NCBI RefSeq assembly: GCF_963976325.1
Contig: NZ_CAXBJW010000012.1
Span: 4,630-68,629, forward strand
From: an uncultured Pseudosulfitobacter sp.
GTDB lineage: Bacteria > Pseudomonadota > Alphaproteobacteria > Rhodobacterales > Rhodobacteraceae
DNA length: 64,000 nucleotides
Direction: 5' to 3'
The notes under the pieces were generated by a model. The model had not been told where the DNA came from, did not search any database, and was given only the letters and a program-made list of their open reading frames with translations. Position 1 is the first letter of the stretch. Each line of letters opens with the position of its first letter. Shown piece after piece: positions 35,832 through 45,804 of the stretch. The position numbers and the translations under genes were made by a program.

Positions 35832-36762
35832 TTCTGTCTATGCACCACCTGTCACGCGTTGGCAGCGTATCCGCCAAAGCGACCTGATGCTCAGCTTTCT
35901 TGAATCGCCCGTGACCGTGATTGCGGCGTTGGGGGCGTTGGTGATGATCTTGGCCGCGCTGGGGGCGGGGGTCATTGCGTTGCATGATCCCTACGACATG
36001 GCGTCGATCGACATTTTCGATTCCAACCTGCCGCCGGCATGGGTTGAAGGCGGCGATGGACGCTATCCGCTGGGCACCGATGCGGTGGGGCGGGGGATCT
36101 TTTCGACCATTCTGTACGGCAGCCGTATGTCGATTTTCATCGGGGTGACCAGCGTGGCGCTGTCGCTGGTGATCGGGGTGACTGCGGGGCTGATCGCGGG
36201 CTATCGCGGCGGGTTCATGGATGCGGTCATCATGCGGATCGCCGAGGTGCAACTGGCGCTGCCGACGATCCTTGTCGCGCTGTTGATCAGCGGCATTTTG
36301 CGGGCCATCGCGCCGCCGTCGACCATGGACAAGGTGGCCATTCTGGTGCTGATCCTGTCGATTGGCCTGTCGAACTGGGTGCAGTTTGCGCGGGCGGTGC
36401 GCGCGTCGACCATGGTCGAGCGCAGTCAGGAATATGTGCTGGCGGCGCGGCTGATCGGGATCGGGCAGTTGACGATCATGTTCCGCCACATCCTGCCCAA
36501 TGTCATGGGGCCGATCATGGTGATTGCCACGCTGAACCTGTCGGGTGCGATCCTGACCGAGGCGACGCTGTCCTTTCTGGGGGTTGGTGTGCCGCCGACC
36601 CAGCCGTCTCTGGGCACGCTGATCAACGGCGGCACCGATTACCTGTTTTCGGGATCGTGGTGGATCACCATTTTCCCCGGTGCCGCGCTGGCGCTGTTGG
36701 TGCTGACCGTCAATCTGGTCGGTGACTGGCTGCGCGACGCCCTTAACCCGACGTTGGGATGA
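35824..36762 (+). CDS. ABC transporter permease (DppC-like)
   Basis: 312 aa, hydrophobic. Overlaps the upstream permease by 8 nt. Confidence 0.85.
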   Translation: MRNSVYAPPVTRWQRIRQSDLMLSFLESPVTVIAALGALVMILAALGAGVIALHDPYDMASIDIFDSNLPPAWVEGGDGRYPLGTDAVGRGIFSTILYGSRMSIFIGVTSVALSLVIGVTAGLIAGYRGGFMDAVIMRIAEVQLALPTILVALLISGILRAIAPPSTMDKVAILVLILSIGLSNWVQFARAVRASTMVERSQEYVLAARLIGIGQLTIMFRHILPNVMGPIMVIATLNLSGAILTEATLSFLGVGVPPTQPSLGTLINGGTDYLFSGSWWITIFPGAALALLVLTVNLVGDWLRDALNPTLG

Positions 36763-36766
36763 TAAC

Positions 36767-38503
36767 ATGAGCCTTTTGGATCTGCGCAATCTGAAGATAG
36801 ATTTTGACACCCGTCGGGGTACTGTCGAGGCGGTGCGCGGCATCGACCTGAGCATTGCACGCGGTGAAATCGTGGGCATCGTGGGTGAATCCGGTGCGGG
36901 CAAGTCGACCATCGGCAACGCGGTGATCGGCCTGTTGGAACCGCCCGGGCGGATCGCGGGCGGCGAGGTGTGGTTTGATGGCAAGCGCATCGACACCTGT
37001 TCCGAGACCGAGTTGCGGCGCATTCGCGGGCGGCGGATCGGGATGATCTTTCAGGACCCGATGACCAGCCTGAACCCGCTGCTGACCATCGGCGACCAGA
37101 TTGCCGAAACCATCTGTCAGCACAGCGACACCAGCCGCGCCGAGGCGTTGCGGCAGGCGGTGGCCTTGCTGGCCGAGGTGGGCATTCCGAACCCCGAGCA
37201 GCGGATGAACGAATACCCCCACCAGTTTTCGGGCGGGATGCGGCAACGGGTGGTGATCACGCTGGCGCTGTGCGCCAACCCCGATCTGGTGATCTGTGAC
37301 GAACCGACGACGGCGCTGGATGTATCGGTGCAGGCGCAGATCCTGTCGCTGTTGCGGCGGTTGTGCCGCGAGCGGAACGTGGGCGCGATTTTCATCACCC
37401 ATGACATGGGCGTGATTTCCGAAGTCACCGACCGCGTGGCGGTGATGCACCACGGGTTGATCGTGGAAACCGGCGACACGCAGACCGTTCTGGCGCACCC
37501 GCGTCATGCCTATAGCCAAAGCCTGTTGTCGGCCGTGCCGCGTGCCGATGCGCGGCTGGAGCGGTTTCCGCAACTGGATTACCGCGAAGACGGCGCGCCG
37601 CCCGAAGAGCGGCAGGTGATTGATCTGTCGACCCACTGGCTGGGACGGCGGGGCAAGGCGGTGCAGGGTGGCGACCAGACCCTGTTGGACGCACGCAACC
37701 TGACCATGCGCTTTGTCAGCCACCGGTCGATCATTCCGGCCTGGCGGCGCGATTTTACGGCTGTGGACGACCTGAGCTTTGACATCAAGCGCGGCGAGAC
37801 GTTCGGGCTGGTGGGTGAAAGCGGATCGGGCAAGTCCACCGTGGCGCGGATGATCGCGGGGCTGTACACGCCCAGCGTCGGGCAGGTGGTCTATGACGGG
37901 CAGGTGATCGGCGGCACCAATGCGCAGCCGATCACGGCCAAGGTGCGGCAGCAGATCCAGATGATCTTTCAGGACCCGTTTTCATCGCTGAACCGGCGGA
38001 TGCGGGTGGGGGACATCGTGGCCGAGCCGATCCTGCACCATGGTCTGGCCGGCAGCCGCAGCGAAGCGCAGAGCGTGGTGGCGGACCTGCTGGACCACGT
38101 GGGGCTGGGGGCCGATGCCGCGCACAAGTATCCCCATGCGTTTTCCGGCGGACAGCGGCAGCGGATTTCCATTGCGCGGGCGCTGGCGACGCGGCCTCAG
38201 TTCCTGATCTGTGACGAGCCGACCTCGGCCTTGGATGTGTCGATCCAGGCGCAGATCCTGAACCTGCTGAAAGACCTGCAAGCCGAGCTGGGGCTGACGC
38301 TGTTGTTCATCAGCCACGACCTGCCGGTGATCCGCCAGATGTGCGACCGCGTGGGCGTGATGAAGTCGGGCAAGCTGGTAGAGCTGGCCGCAGCGGAAGA
38401 TATTTTCGAGGCGCCCAAGCATCCCTATACCACGGAGTTGCTGTCGCTGATGCCGCGCGTGACGGCACCGGATGCGTCAGAGTGGGCGGCGGTCAAAGGC
38501 TGA
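36767..38503 (+). CDS. ABC transporter ATP-binding protein, duplicated (fused DppD-DppF-like) ATPase
   Basis: Frame of ORF 36722..38503. Start placed at MSLLDLRNLKIDF. Two Walker A motifs (GESGAGKST; GESGSGKST) and two signature motifs (FSGGMRQRV; FSGGQRQRI). Confidence 0.9.
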   Translation: MSLLDLRNLKIDFDTRRGTVEAVRGIDLSIARGEIVGIVGESGAGKSTIGNAVIGLLEPPGRIAGGEVWFDGKRIDTCSETELRRIRGRRIGMIFQDPMTSLNPLLTIGDQIAETICQHSDTSRAEALRQAVALLAEVGIPNPEQRMNEYPHQFSGGMRQRVVITLALCANPDLVICDEPTTALDVSVQAQILSLLRRLCRERNVGAIFITHDMGVISEVTDRVAVMHHGLIVETGDTQTVLAHPRHAYSQSLLSAVPRADARLERFPQLDYREDGAPPEERQVIDLSTHWLGRRGKAVQGGDQTLLDARNLTMRFVSHRSIIPAWRRDFTAVDDLSFDIKRGETFGLVGESGSGKSTVARMIAGLYTPSVGQVVYDGQVIGGTNAQPITAKVRQQIQMIFQDPFSSLNRRMRVGDIVAEPILHHGLAGSRSEAQSVVADLLDHVGLGADAAHKYPHAFSGGQRQRISIARALATRPQFLICDEPTSALDVSIQAQILNLLKDLQAELGLTLLFISHDLPVIRQMCDRVGVMKSGKLVELAAAEDIFEAPKHPYTTELLSLMPRVTAPDASEWAAVKG

Positions 38504-38505
38504 GC

Positions 38506-38670
38506 TTACAGCCCCCACCACCGCAGGGTCTGCACCAGATGCAGGTCGATGGCGGCGATGGTCTTTTGCGTGTCGCCGGCCTGAAGCGCTGCGATGATCG
38601 ACAGGTGTTCCTGCATGGCGGGCACGATCCGGTCCTGTAGCCGCGCGTCAAAGGCCCTTTTGCTTGCAGG
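38506..38670 (-). pseudogene. remnant of the C-terminus of a GntR/FCD-type regulator
   Basis: My translation of the minus strand gives PASKRAFDARLQDRIVPAMQEHLSIIAALQAGDTQKTIAAIDLHLVQTLRWWGL*. It is bounded upstream by an in-frame stop at 38671-38673 and has no start codon. The H..I..A...GD...A...HL pattern resembles the last helices of FCD domains. Confidence 0.4.
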
Positions 38671-39969
38671 TCAGTGCCCTGTCATCCGTTCCACCGCATC
38701 GCGGAAGCGATACCAGCCGGTGACGGCGGGCAGGAACCACGGGGTTTCGCGGTAAAAGGGCACGGTGGGGAAATCCAGATTCCAGAAGGCGGATTTTGGC
38801 CCGCCCGACATCGCCTGACCCGCCATGTGGCCCAGATAGCTTTGCATGGCCACGCCCGAGCCGTTGCAGCCAAGGGCGTGAACGATGCCTTCGTGTTCGC
38901 CCATGTGCGGCAGCAGGTCGAAGGTAAAGGCGATCTTGCCCGACCATGCGTAGCGGATCGGCAGGCCGGTGATTTGCGGAAACACGGCATAGAGGCGCGC
39001 GGCCAGTTCGTCGGCGACCTGTTTTGCGTCGCGTTCTTGCAGGCTGGCGCGGCCCCCGAACAGGATGCGTTTGCGATCCGGCGTCGGGCGGTAGTAGCTG
39101 AGCAGGCGTTTGCTGTCGACGGCGGTGCGGCCTTGGGGCAGCAGGTCGTCGATCAGCCCGTCGGGCAGTTCGTCCGTGACAACGATGTAACTGGCCGCAG
39201 GGATCACGCGGCGGCGCATCCACGGGCGCAGGGCGTCGGAATAGCCGTTGGTGGCGATGAACACTTTTTCGCAATCCACCCGCGCATTGCCGGCCGCGAC
39301 CCGCCAGCCGGTGCCGGTGCGGGTGATGCCGCTAACGCGGTGATTGTCGCACAGGACCGCGCCGGTACTGACCGCAAGGTCCACCAGACCCTGCACGTAT
39401 TTGCCCGGATGCAACTGGCCCGCGCGGTCGATGGTCATGACGCCGTGATAGAGATCGGTTCCGATCACCAGACGCTGTTGGTCCTTGGGATAGAGCTGCG
39501 TGCCGTCGCGGGTCATCTTGCCGCTTTTGGCCTGCATCGCGGTGTAATGTGCGGGCAGGGCGGCGCAGACGACGCGGCCCGAGCGGCGGTATTCCGCATC
39601 GCGCGGCAACTGTGGCATCAGCGCCTCGATATGGTCAAAGGACGCGGCGGCCTCGGCCTTCAGGGCGTCATAGACGCCGGGCGGCAAGCGCCCCTCAAGC
39701 GGCGAGCGGACGTTGGAGGACGCGGCGGATTTGCCAAGGTTCACACCGCTGGACACATGGCCCGCGTTGCGCCCGCTGGCGCCAAAGCCGAAAGCGTCCG
39801 CTTCGAGCACCACCACCGACACGCCGGCGCGGCGCAGGGTGATGGCCGCGTTCAGGCCGGTAAAGCCGCCGCCGACGATCACCACATCGGTTTTCGCGGG
39901 CGGCGTGTTGCCCAAACGGCGTGGGGGTGCTTCCTCCCACCAATAGGGGGTGCTGATCAGGTTTTGCAT
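38671..39969 (-). CDS. FAD-dependent oxidoreductase (DAO family, gamma-glutamylputrescine oxidase-like)
   Basis: Frame of ORF 38671..40350. Start placed at MQNLISTPYWWEE (complement 39967-39969). Dinucleotide fold DVVIVGGGFTGLNAA. Confidence 0.8.
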   Translation of the reverse strand: MQNLISTPYWWEEAPPRRLGNTPPAKTDVVIVGGGFTGLNAAITLRRAGVSVVVLEADAFGFGASGRNAGHVSSGVNLGKSAASSNVRSPLEGRLPPGVYDALKAEAAASFDHIEALMPQLPRDAEYRRSGRVVCAALPAHYTAMQAKSGKMTRDGTQLYPKDQQRLVIGTDLYHGVMTIDRAGQLHPGKYVQGLVDLAVSTGAVLCDNHRVSGITRTGTGWRVAAGNARVDCEKVFIATNGYSDALRPWMRRRVIPAASYIVVTDELPDGLIDDLLPQGRTAVDSKRLLSYYRPTPDRKRILFGGRASLQERDAKQVADELAARLYAVFPQITGLPIRYAWSGKIAFTFDLLPHMGEHEGIVHALGCNGSGVAMQSYLGHMAGQAMSGGPKSAFWNLDFPTVPFYRETPWFLPAVTGWYRFRDAVERMTGH

Positions 39970-40745
39970 CAGTCGCGTTCCACGAAGAACTGGATGCCGA
40001 TGACGCGGTCCAGAATGAACACCATGGCCGAAGTGAACAGCACCAGTGCCGCAGACACCGCTGCGATGATGGGGCTGGCGCTTTCCAGAACTTCGGAAAA
40101 CACCTGAACGGGCAGGGTCATGACGAAGGGACCGACCAGGAACAGGGTCACCGTCACCTCGTCGAACGAGATGATGAAGGTGAACAAAAGCGACGTGACC
40201 AGACCGGGGCGCACCGCAGGCAGGGTCACCATCCAGAAGGTGCGCCAGGGGCGTGCGCCCAGGCTGGCGGCGGCCTCTTCCAGGGCGGCGTCGGATTTGC
40301 GCAGGGCGGCGGCGACGGGGCGATAGGCGTAGGGAATGGTCAGGATGCAATGCACCAGTATGAGGCCCGAGAAGGTGCCAAGCCAGCCCAGGCTGGACAG
40401 GGTGACGATCATGATCACGCCAATCGCGGCATGGGGAAAGATCAGCGGCGCCAGCAGGATGGTTTCATAGGTGGCGCCAAAGCGGACCTTGTGGCGGACC
40501 ACGGCCCATGCGGCGGCAAAGCAGGCACCGGTGCTGACCAAGGCGCCAATCAGCGCCAGCAGCGCCGAGGTGCCCAGGACCCGCAGCCAGTCGGCCGAGC
40601 CGAGGAATTCCGCATACCAGCGCAGCGACAGCCCCTTGATCGGGAAGGACAGGTAGCCCGCCGCGGTAAAGGACGACAGCACCACGATAAGGATGGGCAT
40701 GGGCAGGAACAACAGGACGGCGATGCCGGTGTAACGGGCGATCAT
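39969..40745 (-). CDS. ABC transporter permease (PotC-like)
   Basis: 258 aa, hydrophobic. Its stop overlaps the oxidoreductase start by 1 nt. Confidence 0.85.
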   Translation of the reverse strand: MIARYTGIAVLLFLPMPILIVVLSSFTAAGYLSFPIKGLSLRWYAEFLGSADWLRVLGTSALLALIGALVSTGACFAAAWAVVRHKVRFGATYETILLAPLIFPHAAIGVIMIVTLSSLGWLGTFSGLILVHCILTIPYAYRPVAAALRKSDAALEEAAASLGARPWRTFWMVTLPAVRPGLVTSLLFTFIISFDEVTVTLFLVGPFVMTLPVQVFSEVLESASPIIAAVSAALVLFTSAMVFILDRVIGIQFFVERD

Positions 40746-41581
40746 GAGGGGGCTCCATCGGTCAGGCGTTTGGACAGCCAGCGTTCCAGAAATTGCAGCG
40801 GCAGCACGACGGCCATGGCGGTGACCAGCAGGACGGTCGCCAGGGCTGCGGCCTTGGGGTAGTCAAAGAAGTGCATGACCTCTTGGAAGATTTCCGTGCC
40901 GATCATGGTGTCGCCCAGGCCCCCCAGCAGCAGCGGGGTGACAATCGCGCCGGTGGACATCAGGTAAACCAGCGTCACGCCGGTCAGGATGCCGGGCAGG
41001 GACAGCGGCAACAACACGGTGCGAAAGCTGTAGACGGGGCGTCCGCCAAGGCTCATCGACGCTTCTTCCAAAGTGCGCGAGATTTGCATCAGCACCGACA
41101 GGATGGCGATGATCATGAACGGCAGCAGCACGTGCACCAGCCCCATCACCACGCCAAAGTCGTTGTACATCAGCTTGAACGGGCGGTCGGCCATGCCGGT
41201 CCACATCAGGAACCCGTTGACCAGCCCGCGCGGCCCCAGGATCACCACCCAGCCATAACTGCGCACCACGATGGACACCAGCCACGGGAAGATGATCAGC
41301 AGCAGCAGGATGTTCCGGTTGCCCTGATAGCGCGCCACATAATAGGCGGTGGGATAGCCCAGCAGCAGGCAGAAAAACGTGGTCAGCGCCGCCGTGCGCA
41401 GGGTCCGGCCCAGCATCGCGACATAGTCGGGGCGGTTCATGATGTCGACGTAATGGTGCAGGTCGATCTGCCCGTCGATCAGGACCGACGACGCGATCAG
41501 CCGCACCAGCCCGATCAGGAATACCCCGATCAGAAAGGCAGAGGGCGCAAGCAACAGGGCAGACCGCAGGGTCTTGGCCAT
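40742..41581 (-). CDS. ABC transporter permease (PotB-like)
   Basis: 279 aa, hydrophobic. ATGA-type overlap with the downstream permease. Confidence 0.85.
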   Translation of the reverse strand: MAKTLRSALLLAPSAFLIGVFLIGLVRLIASSVLIDGQIDLHHYVDIMNRPDYVAMLGRTLRTAALTTFFCLLLGYPTAYYVARYQGNRNILLLLIIFPWLVSIVVRSYGWVVILGPRGLVNGFLMWTGMADRPFKLMYNDFGVVMGLVHVLLPFMIIAILSVLMQISRTLEEASMSLGGRPVYSFRTVLLPLSLPGILTGVTLVYLMSTGAIVTPLLLGGLGDTMIGTEIFQEVMHFFDYPKAAALATVLLVTAMAVVLPLQFLERWLSKRLTDGAPS

Positions 41582-41615
41582 AGGAAGGCTCCGTTCGTTT
41601 CGACAGCAAGGGGTG

Positions 41616-41641
41616 GCAGGCCCGGACAGTGCCGGGCCTGC
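41616..41641 (-). other. intercistronic stem-loop following the substrate-binding gene
   Basis: GCAGGCCCGG-acagtg-CCGGGCCTGC, a perfect 10-bp stem, between the SBP stop (41649) and the permease start (41581). Confidence 0.4.
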
Positions 41642-41648
41642 GGTCAGA

Positions 41649-42707
41649 TCAAAGGGTCGACATCATCTGGTCGATGGCGGCGACGGTGTCTTTTTGGTGT
41701 TCGGCGATATAGCCCCAGTCGGGCTGGTACAGCTTGGCGCGCAGGTCGGTATAGTCCATGCCCAGCTTGGCCTTGATGTCATCGGTGGCCACCGCGTTTG
41801 AGTTGGCGGGGATATAGCCGGAAAAGGCCATGCCGCTTTCTTGCGGTGCGGCGCTGGCGCAATAGTTCAGCCATTCGGCCACCTGTTCGCGGTCCTTGAC
41901 GCCTTTGGGGGCAAAGACGGCATAGGGCAGCAACAGGCTGCCTTCGGTGGGGATCACCATCTTGACGTAATCAATGCCCGCTTCGTTCAGCGCCCAGACG
42001 CGGGTGGAATAGAACGGCATCGCCGCCACTTCACCGCGTTCCAGCATGGTGTTTTGCTGGGCCAGCGAATTCGACACGATCAACACGTTGCGCGCCATGC
42101 CGGTCAACAGCTCCATGCCGCCCGCGGTGTTCATCTCGTCGCCGCCGGCGGCGATTGAGAACATGGTCAGGTCATAGGTCGACAGATAGATCGGGCGGGT
42201 CATGCCCAGACGGCCACGCCATTTTTCGTTCGCCAGATCTTTCCAGGACTGGAAGTCGTCAACCGAAGCTTCGTTGGTGTTCACGGCAATGCCGTAATAG
42301 GCGAAATAGGGCGTGACACCGGCCAGACGGCCATCGGGGGTTTTCAGCCAGTATTTTTCGTCAATGTCCTTCATCGCGGGCAGTTCGTCGATGCTGAAGG
42401 TTTCCAGCATGTCGTCGCGCATCAGGTTCACGCCCTGCACAAAGGTGCCGATGCCGCTGTGATACTGCGGTGCGCCGGCCTGCGCGCGAAACTGGGCCTC
42501 GGGGTTGGGGACCTCGACCACGCGCACGGCGGTGCCGGATTGTTCCTGATAGGGGGTGGCAAAGGAATGGGTCCAGGTGTCCCCCGTGCCGCCGCCCCAA
42601 GAGGCGTGCAGCAACTGGTCGGTCTGGGCGGAAAGGCGGCCCGGAAGGCTGAGGGCGGCGGCTGTGCCAAGCGCGCCCGCGATGGTCTGGCGTCGTGTCA
42701 GTGTCAT
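41649..42707 (-). CDS. ABC transporter substrate-binding protein (PotD/PotF polyamine-type family)
   Basis: 352 aa. Signal peptide MTLTRRQTIAGALGTAAALSLPGRLSAQ. Lies within a PotABC-like operon. Confidence 0.8.
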   Translation of the reverse strand: MTLTRRQTIAGALGTAAALSLPGRLSAQTDQLLHASWGGGTGDTWTHSFATPYQEQSGTAVRVVEVPNPEAQFRAQAGAPQYHSGIGTFVQGVNLMRDDMLETFSIDELPAMKDIDEKYWLKTPDGRLAGVTPYFAYYGIAVNTNEASVDDFQSWKDLANEKWRGRLGMTRPIYLSTYDLTMFSIAAGGDEMNTAGGMELLTGMARNVLIVSNSLAQQNTMLERGEVAAMPFYSTRVWALNEAGIDYVKMVIPTEGSLLLPYAVFAPKGVKDREQVAEWLNYCASAAPQESGMAFSGYIPANSNAVATDDIKAKLGMDYTDLRAKLYQPDWGYIAEHQKDTVAAIDQMMSTL

Positions 42708-42726
42708 GTCAGTTCTCCATGTCAGG

Positions 42727-43896
42727 TTATGAACGTCCCGGTTTGCCCGGGATCAGTGTCACTGCGGTGTCGGTCCATCCGACAGACACCGGTGCTTTGG
42801 CCGGCAGCGGGTGGCCGCCGCCCGGTTGGAACGGCACCTGCGCCAAAAGGCGGCCTGCCGCGCTGTCCAGCGCATAGGTGATCGTGGCGCCGGAAAAACT
42901 GTGGGACAGGACCGTTGCTGCAATCGGCTGGTCGGTGCCTGTGCCAAGGGTCATGTGTTCGGGCCGGATCGAGATGGCCACATCGGTGCCCAGCCCCAGC
43001 AATCTGTCGCCCGCAGGGACAGTCACCACGGCATCAACCCCGTCGAGTTTCAGGGTCATCCGGCCGCCGCTGGCCGCCTGGACCTGTCCGCGCAGCAGGT
43101 TGGTTTCACCCACGAAACGGGCCACGAATTCGGTTGCGGGGCGGTGATAGGTGTCGACCGCCGAGCTGAACTGTTCAACCCGACCGGCGTTCATCACGGC
43201 GATGCGGTCGGACATCGACAGGGCTTCTTCCTGATCGTGGGTGACAAAGACAAATGTGATGCCGGTTTCCTGCTGGATGCGTTTCAGTTCGGTCTGCAAC
43301 TGGCGGCGCAGTTTCAGGTCCAGCGCCGACAGCGGCTCGTCCAGCAGCAGCACGTCGGGCTGGGTGACCAGCGACCGCGCCAGCGCCACACGCTGCCGTT
43401 GCCCGCCGGAAATCTGGCCGGTGCGGCGGTCGTCGAACCCGTCAAGCCCGACCAGCGCCAGCATGTCCTGCACCTTGGCTTGCAGCCCGTCGGTGCGGCC
43501 CCGTGCCCGCAGCCCGAAGGCCACGTTGTCAAAGACGTTCATGTGCGGAAACAGCGCAAGGTTCTGAAACACCAGCCCAATCTCGCGGTCATAGGCGGGG
43601 CGGTGGGACATGTCCTCGCCGCGCATCAGGATGCGGCCGCGGGTGGGGGTTTCAAACCCTGCGATCATCCGCAGCAAGGTGGACTTGCCGCAGCCCGACG
43701 GCCCCAGAAGGGTGACAAATTCGCCTTGCAGGACCTCGATCGACACGCTGCTGACCGCCTCGGTTCCGTCAAAGCGTTTGGTGACGTGATCTATGGACAG
43801 GATCGGTTCGGCAGGGGCGTTGTCACGGGCCAAATTCAGTGTCTCCACGATGGATGCATGGGGGGATGCATTGGGGATATGAGGGGTCTGGATCAT
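42727..43896 (-). CDS. ABC transporter ATP-binding protein (PotA-like)
   Basis: ORF 42727..43911 (GTG). Alternative ATG at complement 43896 (MIQTPHI), so the start is uncertain. Walker A GPSGCGKST. Signature ISGGQRQRV. Confidence 0.85.
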   Translation of the reverse strand: MIQTPHIPNASPHASIVETLNLARDNAPAEPILSIDHVTKRFDGTEAVSSVSIEVLQGEFVTLLGPSGCGKSTLLRMIAGFETPTRGRILMRGEDMSHRPAYDREIGLVFQNLALFPHMNVFDNVAFGLRARGRTDGLQAKVQDMLALVGLDGFDDRRTGQISGGQRQRVALARSLVTQPDVLLLDEPLSALDLKLRRQLQTELKRIQQETGITFVFVTHDQEEALSMSDRIAVMNAGRVEQFSSAVDTYHRPATEFVARFVGETNLLRGQVQAASGGRMTLKLDGVDAVVTVPAGDRLLGLGTDVAISIRPEHMTLGTGTDQPIAATVLSHSFSGATITYALDSAAGRLLAQVPFQPGGGHPLPAKAPVSVGWTDTAVTLIPGKPGRS

Positions 43897-44192
43897 GCCC
43901 GATGATCGCACCGCGGCCCCCGTTCAAGTCAAATAGCAAGTTTTTTCAATATCATTCGATTTAGGAATGTTTGATGTGATTTCGCGCGTGGCGGGTGCGG
44001 TCAGGGCGTCAGAGCCATCCATGCAGGGCGCTAAAAGACCGTCGTTTTCGCCGGTATACCACTCATAATCTGGGGTAATGTTTAGTGAACCATTTGGCAT
44101 TTGCGCGTCGGCAGAATGGCTGTCTAGGTGAAGGGGAAGAGGGACAGCTTGTCCGTCTGAGCCACGCAAAAAACCGCAGGACATATGCCCGG

Positions 44193-45794
44193 ATGACACC
44201 CGTACCCCTGACCCGGCCCGACCAGACGCCAGACCAACGCCGCGCCACAATCGAGGCCGCCACGCTGCCGCAGTCGGTGCCTGCATTGCTGGACGAGGCG
44301 GCGCAGGATTGCCCCGACCAGACGCTGTGGGATTTCTTTGATGACGGCACGCAGACGACCTATGCCCAAGGGCAGCATGACAGCCGCAAGATGGCCGCGT
44401 TGCTGGCCGATCTGGGGGTGACCCAGGGCGACAAGGTGGCGGTGATGCTGCCCAACGTGTGTGAAATGCCGCTGCTGTGGCTGGCGCTGGGTCGGTTGGG
44501 GGCGGTGATGGTGCCGGTGAACACCCGCTATTCCCCGCGCGAACTGGACTATGCGGTGACCAATTCGGGGGCTGCGTTTCTGGTGATCCATCAGGAACTG
44601 GCCGATATGCTGGACGCTGCGACCGTGACCCCGACGGTGGTTGTCGTCGGCTCGGACGATTGGGCCGACCGCTGGGCGCGCGCGGATGCGCAGGATTGCC
44701 CGCAGGTGACGGTGGGCTGCGATGATCTGCTGAACATTCAATACACCTCGGGGACCACGGGGTTGCCCAAGGGGTGCCTGCTGTCGCATCGCTATTGGCT
44801 GACCATCGGCATGGTGAACGCATGGCGCGACGGGCAGCGGTTCGGGCGGGTTCTGGCGACAACACCGTTCAGCTATATGGACCCGCAGTGGCTGCTGCTG
44901 ATGGCGATCTATCAGCGCGGCACGCTGGTGGTGGGCCGCAAGCAAAGCGCGTCGAAGTTTGCGCATTGGCTGTCGGTGCACCGGATCAATTTCTGCCTGT
45001 TCCCCGAGGCGGCGCTGAAACAGCCCGCCGCCGCCCATGATGCCGACAACCCCGTGGTGCGCGCCAACATCTACGGCGTGCGCGCCACGGCGCACCGCGA
45101 GATTGAGCAGCGTTACGGATTGGTCGCGCGCGAAGCCTTTGGCATGACGGAAATCGGGTCTGGCATGTACATGCCGCTGGAATCCGACGACATGATCGGG
45201 TCGGGCAGTTGCGGCATCGCTTCGCCGTTCCGGGAGACCAAGATCGTCGATGATGCGGGCCGCGAGGTGCCGACGGGCGCGGTCGGGGAATTGCTGGTGC
45301 GCGGTCCGGGCATGGCGGCGGGGTATTATGACAACCCCAAGGCGTCCGCCGAACTGTTGTCCGACGGCTGGCTGCACACCGGTGATCTGTTCCGCAAGGA
45401 CGCGCAGGGTTATCATTACATCGTGGGCCGCAAAAAGGATATGATCCGGCGGTCGGGCGAAAACATCGCCTGCCGCGAGGTCGAGGGCGTGTTGCGCGAC
45501 ATGGAGGCCATCGAAGAGGTGGCGCTGATCGCGGTGCCGGACGACTTGCGCGGCGAAGAGGTCAAGGCGTTCATCTCGCTTCAGCAGGGGGCCACCGGTG
45601 ATGCCGACCTGATCGGGCAGATCGTGGAATATGCGGGCGGCAGGCTCGCGTCGTTCAAGGTGCCGCGGTACTTCGAATTTATCGAAACCATGCCCCGCAC
45701 GACGTCGTTCAAAGTGGCCAAGACCGAACTGGCCAAGATACGCGACGATCACCGGATCGGGGCATTTGACCGGGTGGAACACCTGTGGCGCTAG
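44193..45794 (+). CDS. AMP-dependent synthetase/ligase (acyl-CoA ligase family)
   Basis: Frame of ORF 44085..45794. Start placed at MTPVPLTRP. AMP-binding motif IQYTSGTTGLPKG. Contains GWLHTGDL and KVPRYFEF. Confidence 0.85.
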   Translation: MTPVPLTRPDQTPDQRRATIEAATLPQSVPALLDEAAQDCPDQTLWDFFDDGTQTTYAQGQHDSRKMAALLADLGVTQGDKVAVMLPNVCEMPLLWLALGRLGAVMVPVNTRYSPRELDYAVTNSGAAFLVIHQELADMLDAATVTPTVVVVGSDDWADRWARADAQDCPQVTVGCDDLLNIQYTSGTTGLPKGCLLSHRYWLTIGMVNAWRDGQRFGRVLATTPFSYMDPQWLLLMAIYQRGTLVVGRKQSASKFAHWLSVHRINFCLFPEAALKQPAAAHDADNPVVRANIYGVRATAHREIEQRYGLVAREAFGMTEIGSGMYMPLESDDMIGSGSCGIASPFRETKIVDDAGREVPTGAVGELLVRGPGMAAGYYDNPKASAELLSDGWLHTGDLFRKDAQGYHYIVGRKKDMIRRSGENIACREVEGVLRDMEAIEEVALIAVPDDLRGEEVKAFISLQQGATGDADLIGQIVEYAGGRLASFKVPRYFEFIETMPRTTSFKVAKTELAKIRDDHRIGAFDRVEHLWR

Positions 45795-45804
45795 GAGAAC
45801 AGCA

